NCBI GenBank assembly: GCA_045643885.1
Contig: JAZRFY010000017.1
Coordinates: forward strand, 7,060 to 71,059
Source: Eubacteriales bacterium
GTDB taxonomy: Bacteria; Bacillota; Clostridia; Oscillospirales; CAG-272
Length of the DNA: 64,000 bases
Reading direction: 5' to 3'
Under the pieces are notes generated by a model. It was not told where the DNA came from. It made no database searches and was given only the letters and a program-made list of their open reading frames with translations. Below are positions 1-10,092 of this stretch, one piece after another; position 1 is the first letter of the stretch, and each line of letters starts with the position of its first letter. The position numbers were made by a program, and so were the translations under genes.

Positions 1-25
1 CTATGCGGCTACGAATTGCACATTG

Positions 26-167
26 TTGTAGGGACCGGCGTCCTCGACGGTCCGTTTTAAAAGCGAAGTAGCTTTTTACAAGAGAATGTTAGATTTTGTT
101 TTATACGAAGCCGTAATAATATCAGTTATTCATTATAGCGGACCGTCGGGGACGCCGGTCCCTACAA
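26..167. repeat. GTAG-family REP-like inverted doublet (REPIN-like)
   Basis: TTGTAGGGACCGGCGTCCTCGACGGTCCG (26-54) and its reverse complement with one mismatch (139-167); each has GTAG followed by a GGACCG/CGGTCC hairpin; 84-bp spacer. Confidence 0.75.
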
Positions 168-224
168 GGTTACTTTAATTTGAAAGTTGGTTTGTACTAA
201 CATCCCTATAAATCCCAATTTATC

Positions 225-254
225 AAAAAAGCACCGCGGTGATTCGCGGTGCTT
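225..254 (-). terminator. Intrinsic terminator-like hairpin
   Basis: GCACCGCG-gtgatt-CGCGGTGC stem with an A-run on its left (U-run on minus strand), downstream of the minus-strand gene 492-2090. Confidence 0.65.
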
Positions 255-491
255 GGGGGTGATTTTTGAATTTTTTGTAATCATAGGCTAATACATAAAA
301 ATTTTGCCACAACTTCCAATTTCCATTAATACATTTTCGGGTAATTCTGTTTCTATTAGATACGGTTGGTTTGTGTATCCAAAAAATAAGTAAAATACTT
401 AACGGATGATTTTAGTATTTTAGAGTAGTCCTTATTTTTGAAGGCAGCAATTCTATTTTGATTTGTTTTTTCGTGCATAAAACAATCCTTC

Positions 492-2090
492 TCATATAAT
501 TTTAACCTTGTCCAGCAAAGCGAGTGCCGAAAGCACTCCGTCGTAGGCACTTGTAACGATGCCTCCTGCATATCCTGCTCCTTCACCCGAAGGGTAGATA
601 TGCGGATGTGCAAGAGCTTCCTTTGTCTCCTCGTTTCGAAGAATTCGTATTGGGGAAGTCGTTCTTGTTTCAGGGCCCGTCATCACTGCATCGGGCATAT
701 AAAAGCCGGGCATCCACTCATCAAAATCCAGAAAGGCATCCTTAAGGGATGCACCGATATATTCGGGCATATATTCATGTATTGAGAGGGGAATAGTGCC
801 TATCGGATACGACGGCTTTACTGCGCCAAGGCTAGAAACAGTATTTTTTCCTTGTGCGATATCCTCCATCGTGCAGCTTGGGGCTTTATAGGTTGAATTT
901 GAAACGGCAAACGCCTTTCTTTCTATCTTTCTTTGAAGCTCGATGCCTGCAAGAGGATGGTCACTTGCAAAATCCTCAGGAGTTACGGAGACCAGAAGGG
1001 CAGAGTTGGAATTGTCTGCATCGCGAGAGAAAACGCTCATTCCGTTTGTGACGATGCCGCCCTCTTCACTTGCCGCAGGAACTACCGTGCCGCCCGGACA
1101 CATGCAAAAGCTATAAACGCTTCTTCCACTTTTTAAGTGAGTTACAAGGTGATAAGTCGCAGTTTCAAGAGAGGGATCATAGCCCTTTCCGTAAACAAGC
1201 TCGTTTATATGCTCTCTTGGATGCTCAACTCTGAGACCTATGCCAAATCCCTTGGGAATCATCTGGAATCCCTTGTTGTAGAGGTCACTTATCGTGTCGC
1301 GAGCACTATGACCGATTGCCAGAATGGCGTCGGTGCAGGGAAGGATCATCTCACTTCCGTCTTTTATATATTTAACGGCACAAAGCTCGTTGTCCGAATA
1401 CACAAACTCGGTAAATTTTGCACCGAATACAAAGCTTCCGCCGTTGTCGATGATCTTTTGACGAATGTTTTTTACGATATTGCCAAGCTTGTCCGTGCCA
1501 AGATGGGCTGTGGATGAATAGGAAATGTCGGGGGTAGCACCTGCCTTGATGAATTCGTCAAGGATCTTTTGTTTGTATTTGTTTTTTGAACCGACCTTGA
1601 GCTTTCCGTCGGAATACGTACCTGCTCCACCCTCGCCAAACTGAACGTTGCATTCGGGATCGAGCATTCCGTACTTTATAAAGGCATCGACCTTGGTTTG
1701 CCTTTCGTCAATGGAAAGTCCTCTTTCCAAAACTACGGGCTTGGCACCTGCCTCGGCAAGAATCAACGCGGCAAAAAGACCGCAAGGACCTGCTCCGATC
1801 ACCACAGGAGATATCTTTTTTGTGTCATATCTATCGTATTCAAGGCTAAGCTCTTCGACGTAAGAGCAGACCTTTTTTCTCAGCTTGAATTTTTCTTCAA
1901 GCTCCAAGTCGAACGAAACACCTATTGCCGCCTTGTAGCAAATATTTTGCTTGTCGGTCAAATCAAGGGATAATTTCAGCAATTCGTATGATTTTATGTC
2001 GCAAATTTCAATAGGGAACACGGAAACTATTTTGCTTTTTATGTCATTTTCGGTATATTTTAATGGTAATTTGGTATCAATTCTTAACAT
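492..2090 (-). CDS. Uncharacterised FAD-dependent oxidoreductase (COG2509-like)
   Basis: VIGAGPCG dinucleotide motif, FGEGGAGTYSDGKL, YSFCMCPGG, GEGAGYAGGI; AGGAGG RBS. Confidence 0.85.
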   Translation of the reverse strand: MLRIDTKLPLKYTENDIKSKIVSVFPIEICDIKSYELLKLSLDLTDKQNICYKAAIGVSFDLELEEKFKLRKKVCSYVEELSLEYDRYDTKKISPVVIGAGPCGLFAALILAEAGAKPVVLERGLSIDERQTKVDAFIKYGMLDPECNVQFGEGGAGTYSDGKLKVGSKNKYKQKILDEFIKAGATPDISYSSTAHLGTDKLGNIVKNIRQKIIDNGGSFVFGAKFTEFVYSDNELCAVKYIKDGSEMILPCTDAILAIGHSARDTISDLYNKGFQMIPKGFGIGLRVEHPREHINELVYGKGYDPSLETATYHLVTHLKSGRSVYSFCMCPGGTVVPAASEEGGIVTNGMSVFSRDADNSNSALLVSVTPEDFASDHPLAGIELQRKIERKAFAVSNSTYKAPSCTMEDIAQGKNTVSSLGAVKPSYPIGTIPLSIHEYMPEYIGASLKDAFLDFDEWMPGFYMPDAVMTGPETRTTSPIRILRNEETKEALAHPHIYPSGEGAGYAGGIVTSAYDGVLSALALLDKVKII

Positions 2091-2281
2091 TTCCGTCCTC
2101 CTTTAGTGTATTTGTAATAGTATTATACCATAAAACTTGTATAAAAGAAACAAAAAAATCAATAATTGGTAAAATTTTTTCAAAAGCTATTGATTTTTAA
2201 AATTAATAGTGTTAAAATAATTAAAAAGTTTTAAAAAACCATTAGTTTATTTGGGATTTTGAACTATTTAAGGAGGAAAAT

Positions 2282-4003
2282 ATGAATCTTAAATTAAGAA
2301 TCGTTGCGTTGTTGCTCGTTATCTTGATGTGTCTCACATCCTGCGAATTCATGGGCAATATCTTTAACCCCACAACAACTGAAGCAACACAGACTACAAC
2401 AAAGAAAACAACACCAAAGATTACAACAACAGCTAAGCCCGCCGAGAATAAGTGGAAGAGAGCGGACCATTCCATCACTTCTGCAGACCTTAAGGAAATG
2501 TACACATTGACAAGAGAAGAGGTTGACGCTACTCTTGCATTGCTTGACGACATGCTTGCAGCTTCCAAGACAGCTACAGCTGAGGATACAACCGAATTTG
2601 ATGCTATTTACGAGCAGTTTGAAGAGAGCTTCTATCACATGGCAGAGCAGAGAACTATCGCGATGATCCTCTATTACGTTGATATGAGCAACGAAGCTAA
2701 TACAACTACTCAGGAAGAAGCAACAAATATGTTCATGGAAGTTCAGGATAAGTACAACATCATCTGCAGACAGATGTATCTTGAATCTCCCATCAAGGAT
2801 ATCCTTTTCGAGGGTTGGACAGAAGAAGAAATCCAGTCTCTTATGGACTACGATCCCATAGTTATGGAGATCAGAAAAGAAATCAATACTCTTGAAGATG
2901 AATACAATAAGCTTGATTCTTATGCCGAAGACTTTGACGACAAGGTAGCTGAAATCTATGCTCAGATCGTTGTAAAGAACAACGAGCTTGCAGACTACTA
3001 CGGTTATGACAACTACTACGAATACGCAACTGAAAACGTATACGGAAGAGATTACGATATCGATCAGCTCGAGGTGTTCAAGGAATACGTTGTTGAATAC
3101 ATCCTTCCCGGATTCAGTACATCTTATGCAAGATATAAGGCGGTTAGCAGCTTGGGAACAAGTGATAAGAACTTTGTAACCAAGTTTATGAACGGTAAGT
3201 TCGACGGTATGGACAAAAACTACCTTCTTAATTATCTTGATTCTCTCGGTGACACAACAATGGGTAACGGTATGCGTCACATGTTCGAAAACAAGAACTG
3301 CATCTTCTCAGGTAAACCCGATTCTCACCCCACAGCGTTCTGCACATACCTTTACGAGTCAGAGGTTCCTTTCTGCTTGTTCGGTAGCTCAGGTCAGTCT
3401 TCTACAACAATGGTTCACGAGATCGGCCACTACTATGCAGACCTTACTAACAGTGATCTTACATCCTACGACTTGCTCGAGACACACTCTCAGGGTAACG
3501 AATTCTTGTTCCTTGCATACTGCGAGCCTCAGATTTCTGAAGCAGCATTTGACGTAATCTATGCTTACCAGCTTGTTAACGCATGCTACATCATCGTTAT
3601 GGCATCCATCATCGACGAGTTCGAGCAGAGAGTTTACGCGCTTGACAGCGAAACAGTTGCTGCATATACATCTGAAGATTTCGACGCTATCATGGAAGAA
3701 GTTTGCAAGCCTTACGGTGGTTCAGTATACGTAGAGAGTGAACTTGCTGATCCCTTCAACTACTGGAGACAGGTTACAGTTACTAACCCTGTTTACTACA
3801 TCAGCTATGCGGTTTCTGCAGTAGCAGCTCTTGAAATCAACTCCTTGGTAAGAGTTGATGAAGCAGCTGCATATACAGCATACACAACACTCGTTGAGGG
3901 TGTTACATCTGAAGACGGCTTCCTTGGTGCTCTTACAATCGCAGGACTTACAAGCCCCTTCGAAGAAGAAACATACACAGCAATCGCTGAAGAATTGAAA
4001 TAA
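2282..4003 (+). CDS. Lipoprotein M3-family (oligoendopeptidase-like) zinc metallopeptidase
   Basis: Lipobox LTSC, Thr-rich linker, HEIGH zinc motif, downstream ETHSQ Glu ligand, YYISYAVS. Confidence 0.75.
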   Translation: MNLKLRIVALLLVILMCLTSCEFMGNIFNPTTTEATQTTTKKTTPKITTTAKPAENKWKRADHSITSADLKEMYTLTREEVDATLALLDDMLAASKTATAEDTTEFDAIYEQFEESFYHMAEQRTIAMILYYVDMSNEANTTTQEEATNMFMEVQDKYNIICRQMYLESPIKDILFEGWTEEEIQSLMDYDPIVMEIRKEINTLEDEYNKLDSYAEDFDDKVAEIYAQIVVKNNELADYYGYDNYYEYATENVYGRDYDIDQLEVFKEYVVEYILPGFSTSYARYKAVSSLGTSDKNFVTKFMNGKFDGMDKNYLLNYLDSLGDTTMGNGMRHMFENKNCIFSGKPDSHPTAFCTYLYESEVPFCLFGSSGQSSTTMVHEIGHYYADLTNSDLTSYDLLETHSQGNEFLFLAYCEPQISEAAFDVIYAYQLVNACYIIVMASIIDEFEQRVYALDSETVAAYTSEDFDAIMEEVCKPYGGSVYVESELADPFNYWRQVTVTNPVYYISYAVSAVAALEINSLVRVDEAAAYTAYTTLVEGVTSEDGFLGALTIAGLTSPFEEETYTAIAEELK

Positions 4004-4022
4004 TAAATAATTTCAAAATAAT

Positions 4023-4056
4023 AATCCCCACTCCGATCGGAGTGGCGATTTTGTTT
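4023..4056. terminator. Hairpin terminator between convergent genes
   Basis: CCACTCC-gatc-GGAGTGG stem followed by T-rich run. Confidence 0.65.
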
Positions 4057-4675
4057 ATCTTATGAAATTTGTTCTTGCGGGAGGCTCTTTGTCAGGAAGG
4101 CCGAATTTTTCTTTACCAAGCTCTATGCTCTTCATAAGGAAGGTCATATTCTTGGCAAGAGTTCTCATTGTCTGCATTCCCTCAAGGTCCTGCTCAGCTT
4201 CACCCTTCGCGCCACCGTGCACACTGTTCCAGTATTGGCTTGATGCAATAGGCATGCCACTTATGGTGAAATATTTATTCAACTGATCGAAGGTGGAAGA
4301 GCAGCCTCCTCTTCGCGCCACGGCTACCGAAGCGCCAACCTTCATTCTCTTGTCAAATTTTGTGCTGTAAAACAGTCTGTCAAGCAAGGAAGTGAGCGTG
4401 GAGTTTGCGCCCGCGTAGTATACGGGGGAGGCAATCACCATACCGTCGCACTCTTCGAATACAGGAGCAAGCTCGTTAACGATATCATCGATAACGCAAT
4501 CCTCTCTTCCGTTGTGGCAAGCGGCACATCCAAGACAGCCTCGAATGCTCATCTGTCCTACCTGAACGTAATGAACGTCAATTTCGTTTTCTTTAAAAAT
4601 CTTCATCATTTCGTCAAGAGCCAGATGCGTGTTGCCGTTAGCTCTCGGACTTCCGTTAATGATCAAAACCTTCAT
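4055..4675 (-). CDS. Flavodoxin-fold iron-sulfur flavoprotein / NADPH-dependent FMN reductase family
   Basis: INGSPRxxGNT FMN loop, CxxCxxCx5C cluster motif, ASPVYY, ARRGG. Confidence 0.85.
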   Translation of the reverse strand: MKVLIINGSPRANGNTHLALDEMMKIFKENEIDVHYVQVGQMSIRGCLGCAACHNGREDCVIDDIVNELAPVFEECDGMVIASPVYYAGANSTLTSLLDRLFYSTKFDKRMKVGASVAVARRGGCSSTFDQLNKYFTISGMPIASSQYWNSVHGGAKGEAEQDLEGMQTMRTLAKNMTFLMKSIELGKEKFGLPDKEPPARTNFIR

Positions 4676-4691
4676 AATGAGAAACCTCTTA

Positions 4692-6101
4692 TTAGTTAAG
4701 TATAAAGTTAGTTATAAGTGTTGCAGTTTCAAAAATTTGTTCTTTGGCTGTTATAGTGGGAGTGCCGTCGCCGTCCTGATGACCGTACATAGCAAATCCG
4801 GAGTGGTTACCGCCGTCAAGCTTCTTTTCAACAAGCTTACCGGAAAATTCACCGGGGAGATTTTCTTTATACTTTTCGTAATTGGACTTTTCCATTACCT
4901 CGTCTTTAGAACCGTAAACGGACAATACTCTATAGCTTGAAATGTCAATATTTGAATAGGAAGCAAGAAGGATAATACCTTCAAATATATCGGGATGAGT
5001 GTTTGCACAAACAGATGCCATGCTTCCACCAAGGCTGTGACCGCCTATGTACCAGGATTCGATAGTGGGGAACATCTCGACAACGTCGATTGCCTTGTTG
5101 ATTCCGAATACTGCAAGGTTAAAGGGCATTTCAACTACCACGCAAAGGATTCCGTCACTTGCACACTCTGCCATAAGGGCTGTGTATGACGTGGGATCAA
5201 CTCTTCCACCGGGGTAGAAGATAAAGCCTGCCTTTGTATGACCTGTGGGAGCATAGATGATAACGTCCTGCTCGTCGATGACGGTCTGCGTATAGGAGCC
5301 GTTGCAGTTTTCTTCAACGTATTGCTCGATCTGGTCGTTATTTGCAGGATAAACCTTTGTAAGATACATAGTAACCATTGTCATAAGTGTTGCGAGAACA
5401 ACACCCACTGCAATGATGGGAGCCCACGTATTCTTTGCCTTTTGCTGAATTCGTCTTGTAAACTTTGCTTTCTTGGGTGCGTTAACGATATAGTCAGTAA
5501 CGGGAGTAAGAAGAGCCATGATGAGGATAGCGTAAATTACGGGGTAGATACCGTCTGCAGGGTCCTCGTACATAACGATTGAAAGAGAAAGGATCAAAAA
5601 GTCACGAATGAACTGGATCCAACCGAAGTTGAAGGCGCCGCGCTTAACGATTGCCATGGTAAGAGCCTGTTCACCGGAGGGAGCACTACCGTATCTGTGT
5701 GTGATAGCAGTACCAACTTCAACGAAGAGTGCACCTACAAGAGCTGCCAAAAGAGGATACTCAGCCATTGATGGAACGAGTCCGCTAAGTGCCTCGGATG
5801 AGAAGATAGCATAGAACACTGAGAAGCCGATGGTAGCGACACCTGTGTTAAGAATGTATTTAGTACCCATCAAACGCCAAGCGAGTATGTAACAAAAGAC
5901 TGTTATGATGATGTTTGAGATTGAGGGGTGGATTCCGGTAAAGTGCTCGATGATAAGGCACACACCGATCATACCTGCCTCGGGGATATCGGAGTTAACG
6001 TAGATATAACTTGTACCAAACGCCAAAATTGCCGAGCCGAGCAAGGAGAAGAAAATATTTCTCCAGTTGGCGTATAAAAGTATTTCCTTGATTTTTTTCA
6101 T
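4692..6101 (-). CDS. YitT-family membrane domain fused to an alpha/beta hydrolase
   Basis: N-terminal ~210 aa multi-TM YitT-like region; C-terminal FIFYPGG, GHSLGG nucleophile elbow, GSKD, GGNH triad; one continuous frame. Confidence 0.75.
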   Translation of the reverse strand: MKKIKEILLYANWRNIFFSLLGSAILAFGTSYIYVNSDIPEAGMIGVCLIIEHFTGIHPSISNIIITVFCYILAWRLMGTKYILNTGVATIGFSVFYAIFSSEALSGLVPSMAEYPLLAALVGALFVEVGTAITHRYGSAPSGEQALTMAIVKRGAFNFGWIQFIRDFLILSLSIVMYEDPADGIYPVIYAILIMALLTPVTDYIVNAPKKAKFTRRIQQKAKNTWAPIIAVGVVLATLMTMVTMYLTKVYPANNDQIEQYVEENCNGSYTQTVIDEQDVIIYAPTGHTKAGFIFYPGGRVDPTSYTALMAECASDGILCVVVEMPFNLAVFGINKAIDVVEMFPTIESWYIGGHSLGGSMASVCANTHPDIFEGIILLASYSNIDISSYRVLSVYGSKDEVMEKSNYEKYKENLPGEFSGKLVEKKLDGGNHSGFAMYGHQDGDGTPTITAKEQIFETATLITNFILN

Positions 6102-6121
6102 TGTTATTTACCTCTTTCTGT

Positions 6122-6886
6122 TTATCCGAGTAAAACGTCTGAAATAAGCATTATGCAAAATCCAACTAAAAGCGCATAGGTCGCACCTCGTTCGTTGCCG
6201 TGGGAGTGAGTTTCGGGAATCATCTCGTCACTTATAACGTAGAGCATCGTTCCACCTGCAAATGCGAGTGAGAAGGGAAGGATGACCTGAGCCACGCTAA
6301 CGGCAAAATAGCCTATCATCGTGCCGACCACCTCAACAACTCCCGTAGCTGCTGCACATATGAACGTCTTTTTGGGACTTATTCCACTTGCGAGCATTGG
6401 TGCGATTATGACCATACCCTCGGGAATATTCTGAAGTGCGATACCACCTGCGATCAACAGCGCCTTTTGGGGATTGTCAGATCCAAATCCAACGCCTGCC
6501 GCAATTCCTTCGGGAAGATTATGTATCGCGATTGCTGCCACAAAGAGCAGGACCTTGCTTATGTTTGCGTTGTTATGCTCCTCGGTGTCCGTTCCCACGA
6601 GCTTGTGAAGGTGGGGAACGAGCTTGTCAACGAGATTCAAGCACAACGCACCTGCAAAAATTCCGACAACCGTTGTGATGATGCCGTATGCCATTCCTTG
6701 CTCCGTTCCGTAGTCGAGAGAGGGAATGATAAGTCCAAGCACCGCCGCGGCAAGCATAACGCCTGCGGCAAAGCCTAAGGTGATATCGGTGAATTTATGC
6801 GTTATCTTTTTGAAAGCGAATCCGAGCAGGGCACCGATAAGTGTAGCGCCACCAACTCCGAGTGCGGTTAACAAAACTAAATCCAT
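6122..6886 (-). CDS. ZIP-family divalent metal transporter (ZupT/GufA-like)
   Basis: GFAAGVML, IAIHNLPEG, LQNIPEG, EMIPE motifs. Confidence 0.9.
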   Translation of the reverse strand: MDLVLLTALGVGGATLIGALLGFAFKKITHKFTDITLGFAAGVMLAAAVLGLIIPSLDYGTEQGMAYGIITTVVGIFAGALCLNLVDKLVPHLHKLVGTDTEEHNNANISKVLLFVAAIAIHNLPEGIAAGVGFGSDNPQKALLIAGGIALQNIPEGMVIIAPMLASGISPKKTFICAAATGVVEVVGTMIGYFAVSVAQVILPFSLAFAGGTMLYVISDEMIPETHSHGNERGATYALLVGFCIMLISDVLLG

Positions 6887-7115
6887 GAATATATCTCCAA
6901 AGTATAATTATCCATAATAATTCATAGTAAGTATATCACACTTTTCCATCTTTTTCAATAATATATAAAAAAATATATTTAATTTTTTAATCTTATGCAT
7001 TTGTATCAATAACCTTATGGTGTTGACAAAAGTTGCTTTGTGTGTTAAAATACATTCAAGCTTCGACTTTTTGAGGCTTTTTTCATTTCAATATTTATCT
7101 TTGGAGGCATATTTT

Positions 7116-8519
7116 ATGGCAAACAAACAGAAGACTGCCGGCGGCCTTACCAAGAAGCATTGGTTTGGTTACATGCTCGGTGACTGGGGCGGATGCATGA
7201 CATTTGCTCTTATGGCAAGTATTTTCTCAATTTACTGTACTGACGTACTTGGTATCGATCCAAACGTAATGGGAATTCTCACAATCATCTGGACAATCTG
7301 GGACGCAATCAACGACCCCATCATGGGTGCTCTTATGGACAAGGCGTTTGCAAAGAAGCACGACAAGAGAGGAAAGTTCCGTCCTTGGCTCCTCCGTGCA
7401 ACACCCTTGCTTGCAGTGAGTGCTATCGCGATGTGGACAGTTCCCACATTCCTTGACGGCATTCCCCTTCTCGTAGCTCTTTTCTCATTCAAGATCCTCT
7501 ACGAGGCATCCTACACAATGTTCAATATCCCCATGGGATCACTCCTTTCCGCAATGTCCAAGAATGACGCTGAAAGAGCTTCTCTTTCCTCTGCGCGCGG
7601 TGTTGGTTCAATGTTCGGTAATATGATTCCCGGTATGGTTGGCCCCGTTCTTATCGGTATGTTTGGCGATAAGAATTCAACAGGTTATATGATTACAGGT
7701 GTTGGCTGTGCAATCATCGGCTTTGTTGTTTGCTTGCTCCACTATGCTTTCACTGAGGAACGCGTTGTTGTAAACGAGGAAACAAAGGCAGACGACATCA
7801 AGATCTCTGATATCTTGCAGGTTATTAAGAAGAACCGTGCATTCGTTGCGCTCTGCATCCATGGTGTTTGCATCTGCACAATGCAGTACCTTGCTGAAAA
7901 CCTCAGTATGTACATGTACTCTGCGGTTTATAATGACGTTACATATAAGACTATCGCATCCGTATTGTCCGCACCCTTTATGGTGGGCTCTATGGCTGTA
8001 GTACCCTTCCTTTGCAAGAAGCTCGGTCTTGAAAAGATCATCCGTTACACACTTCTTGCAGGTGGTGCAATTTGTGGCTTGCTCTTCGTAATGCATCTTG
8101 TTATGGACGTTAATCCCCTTGTTCACGGTGTTATCCTTGGTATCGGTTCAGGTATGGCTATGGTATCAATTCAGATGCAGTGGGGACTTGTTGGTGAAGC
8201 CATCGACTATAACGAATTTATCACAGGCAAGAGAACAGAAGGCTCTATTTACGGAACGTTCAACCTTTCTCGCCGTATCGGTCAGACAATCGGTCTTGGC
8301 TTTAGCTTCTTTGCTCTTGACTGGATCAGATATAATCCCGAAATTGAGATTCAGACTAACGGCACAATCTTTGGCTTTAAGATTTTGTGCGTATTGATTC
8401 CTGCACTCTTCATCCTTGGCTCTTGGGCGGCATTCAAGTTCGTTTGGAACATCACTCCCGATATTCGTGCTAAGATGTTGGCTAAGAAGGAAGCTGAGGC
8501 AGCTGCTAAGGCAGAATAA
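7116..8519 (+). CDS. MFS glycoside-pentoside-hexuronide (GPH/MelB-like) cation symporter
   Basis: WDAINDPIMG, GKFRPW, EAIDY..GKRTEG motifs; start reassigned to ATG 7116 after GGAGG. Confidence 0.88.
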   Translation: MANKQKTAGGLTKKHWFGYMLGDWGGCMTFALMASIFSIYCTDVLGIDPNVMGILTIIWTIWDAINDPIMGALMDKAFAKKHDKRGKFRPWLLRATPLLAVSAIAMWTVPTFLDGIPLLVALFSFKILYEASYTMFNIPMGSLLSAMSKNDAERASLSSARGVGSMFGNMIPGMVGPVLIGMFGDKNSTGYMITGVGCAIIGFVVCLLHYAFTEERVVVNEETKADDIKISDILQVIKKNRAFVALCIHGVCICTMQYLAENLSMYMYSAVYNDVTYKTIASVLSAPFMVGSMAVVPFLCKKLGLEKIIRYTLLAGGAICGLLFVMHLVMDVNPLVHGVILGIGSGMAMVSIQMQWGLVGEAIDYNEFITGKRTEGSIYGTFNLSRRIGQTIGLGFSFFALDWIRYNPEIEIQTNGTIFGFKILCVLIPALFILGSWAAFKFVWNITPDIRAKMLAKKEAEAAAKAE

Positions 8520-8584
8520 GCCCATACTTTCAGTATAATAATCAAGTGGCACGATCGTGCCACTTGAGTTTTAAGGAGATAATT

Positions 8585-9943
8585 ATGGAAAAATATATTA
8601 TCAATACGCCCTGTGGCAAGATTCAGGGAACGGATTGCCGTCTTGACGGCGTCGTTGCCTATAAGGGCATCAGATATGCAACTGCAGGCAGATGGGAATA
8701 TCCCAAGCAGGTAACTCATTGGGATGGCATTTACGATGCAACAGAGTTTGGTCACTGTGCATATCAGCCCCGTACTTTTATCAGTGAGGCGGATAATCCC
8801 AATAAGAGATTCTACTATAAGGAATTTCGCGAGGGAATCGAATACACATACAGCGAGGATTGCCTTTTTCTTAACATATGGAAGCCCGAGGATGCAAAGG
8901 AAGGGGATAAGCTCCCCGTTCTTTTCTACATTCACGGTGGTGGATTCACAGGGGGATGCGCTCACGAAAAGCAGTTTATCGATCCCATCTGGGTACAAAA
9001 GGGAATCATTGCAGTAAGCATTCATTACCGTCTTGGCCCTCTTGGCTTCATCACTCTTCCCGAGCTTAAGGAGGAGGCAGGAAAGACGGGCAACTACGGT
9101 CTTTACGATCAGCTTTGTGCGATGAAGTGGGTAAGAGATAATATTTCAGCCTTTGGTGGAGATCCCGATGCAGTAACTATCATGGGACAGAGTGCAGGTG
9201 CTATGAGCGTTCAGCAGCATAGCTTCAGCCCTCTTTCAAAGGGACTTTTCCGCGGCGCAGTAATGAGCAGTGGCGGTGGCGTACACAAGGTGCTTTCTGC
9301 AGCTCCTGCAGATAAGATGTACGATTTTTGGCACGGAGTTATGGAGATCGCAGGAGTTAAGACTCTCAAGGAATTCAGAGAGCTTGACGTTACAAAGCTT
9401 TTCGAGGCTTGGCAGCTCGGTCAGAAGCAGCTCAAAAAGCCTGCTTCATGCTTCCCCTGTGTTGACGGAGAATTCGTTCTCGGTGCAGGATGCGACCTTT
9501 TTGCAAACGGTGTTCAGCACGATATCAGCTATATGGCAGGCTCAACAAGTCACGATATGATGCCTCCCTTTATCTATTCTATGTCAAAGAAGTGGTGTGA
9601 GGGACAAAAAAAGAAGAGCTTTACCTGGTTCTTTGACCGTGTTCTCCCCGGTGAGACCTACGGTGCTTGGCACTCAAGTGATCTCTGGTATTGGTTTGAC
9701 ACACTTGATAACGGCTGGCGTCCCTGGACTGAAAAGGATAGAAAGCTTGCGTCCATGATGAGTGATTATCTTGTCAACTTCGTTAAAACGGGTGATCCCA
9801 ACGGTGAGGATCTTCCTGAGTGGAAGAGCGCTCAGGATAGCAAGAAGGCGCTCTTTATGGGTGAAAAAGAGCCTGAGATGTCCAATCCTTCAATACTCAA
9901 GCTTTATCATACGATGCTTACAAATAAGAACGTTGGCTTCTAA
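8585..9943 (+). CDS. Type-B carboxylesterase (PnbA-like), cytoplasmic
   Basis: SEDCLFLNIW, IHGGGF, FGGDP, GQSAG nucleophile, GAWH; start reassigned to ATG 8585 after AAGGAG. Confidence 0.9.
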   Translation: MEKYIINTPCGKIQGTDCRLDGVVAYKGIRYATAGRWEYPKQVTHWDGIYDATEFGHCAYQPRTFISEADNPNKRFYYKEFREGIEYTYSEDCLFLNIWKPEDAKEGDKLPVLFYIHGGGFTGGCAHEKQFIDPIWVQKGIIAVSIHYRLGPLGFITLPELKEEAGKTGNYGLYDQLCAMKWVRDNISAFGGDPDAVTIMGQSAGAMSVQQHSFSPLSKGLFRGAVMSSGGGVHKVLSAAPADKMYDFWHGVMEIAGVKTLKEFRELDVTKLFEAWQLGQKQLKKPASCFPCVDGEFVLGAGCDLFANGVQHDISYMAGSTSHDMMPPFIYSMSKKWCEGQKKKSFTWFFDRVLPGETYGAWHSSDLWYWFDTLDNGWRPWTEKDRKLASMMSDYLVNFVKTGDPNGEDLPEWKSAQDSKKALFMGEKEPEMSNPSILKLYHTMLTNKNVGF

Positions 9944-9949
9944 AATAAC

Positions 9950-9977
9950 AAAACGGAGGGCTTAGCCCTCCGTTTTT
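9950..9977 (+). terminator. Intrinsic terminator
   Basis: AAAACGGAGGGC-tta-GCCCTCCGTTTTT. Confidence 0.8.
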
Positions 9978-10029
9978 GCATAGATTTGATAAAAGACCGA
10001 ATATTGTGCAATTAAACACCCTAAAAACC

Positions 10030-10058
10030 TTGACAAATCAAGGGCTTTCGTATAAAAT
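10030..10058 (+). promoter_or_regulatory. Sigma-A promoter of pepF
   Basis: TTGACA-17 nt-TAAAAT. Confidence 0.7.
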
Positions 10059-10092
10059 GAATGCATAGTACTTTTGGAAAAAGGAGAAAACT

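Noticed and set aside
208-2260. AAATCCCAA at about 210 and its inverse at about 2250 as element ends around the oxidoreductase gene
   Set aside because: Only 9 bp shared, with no target duplication or mobility gene.
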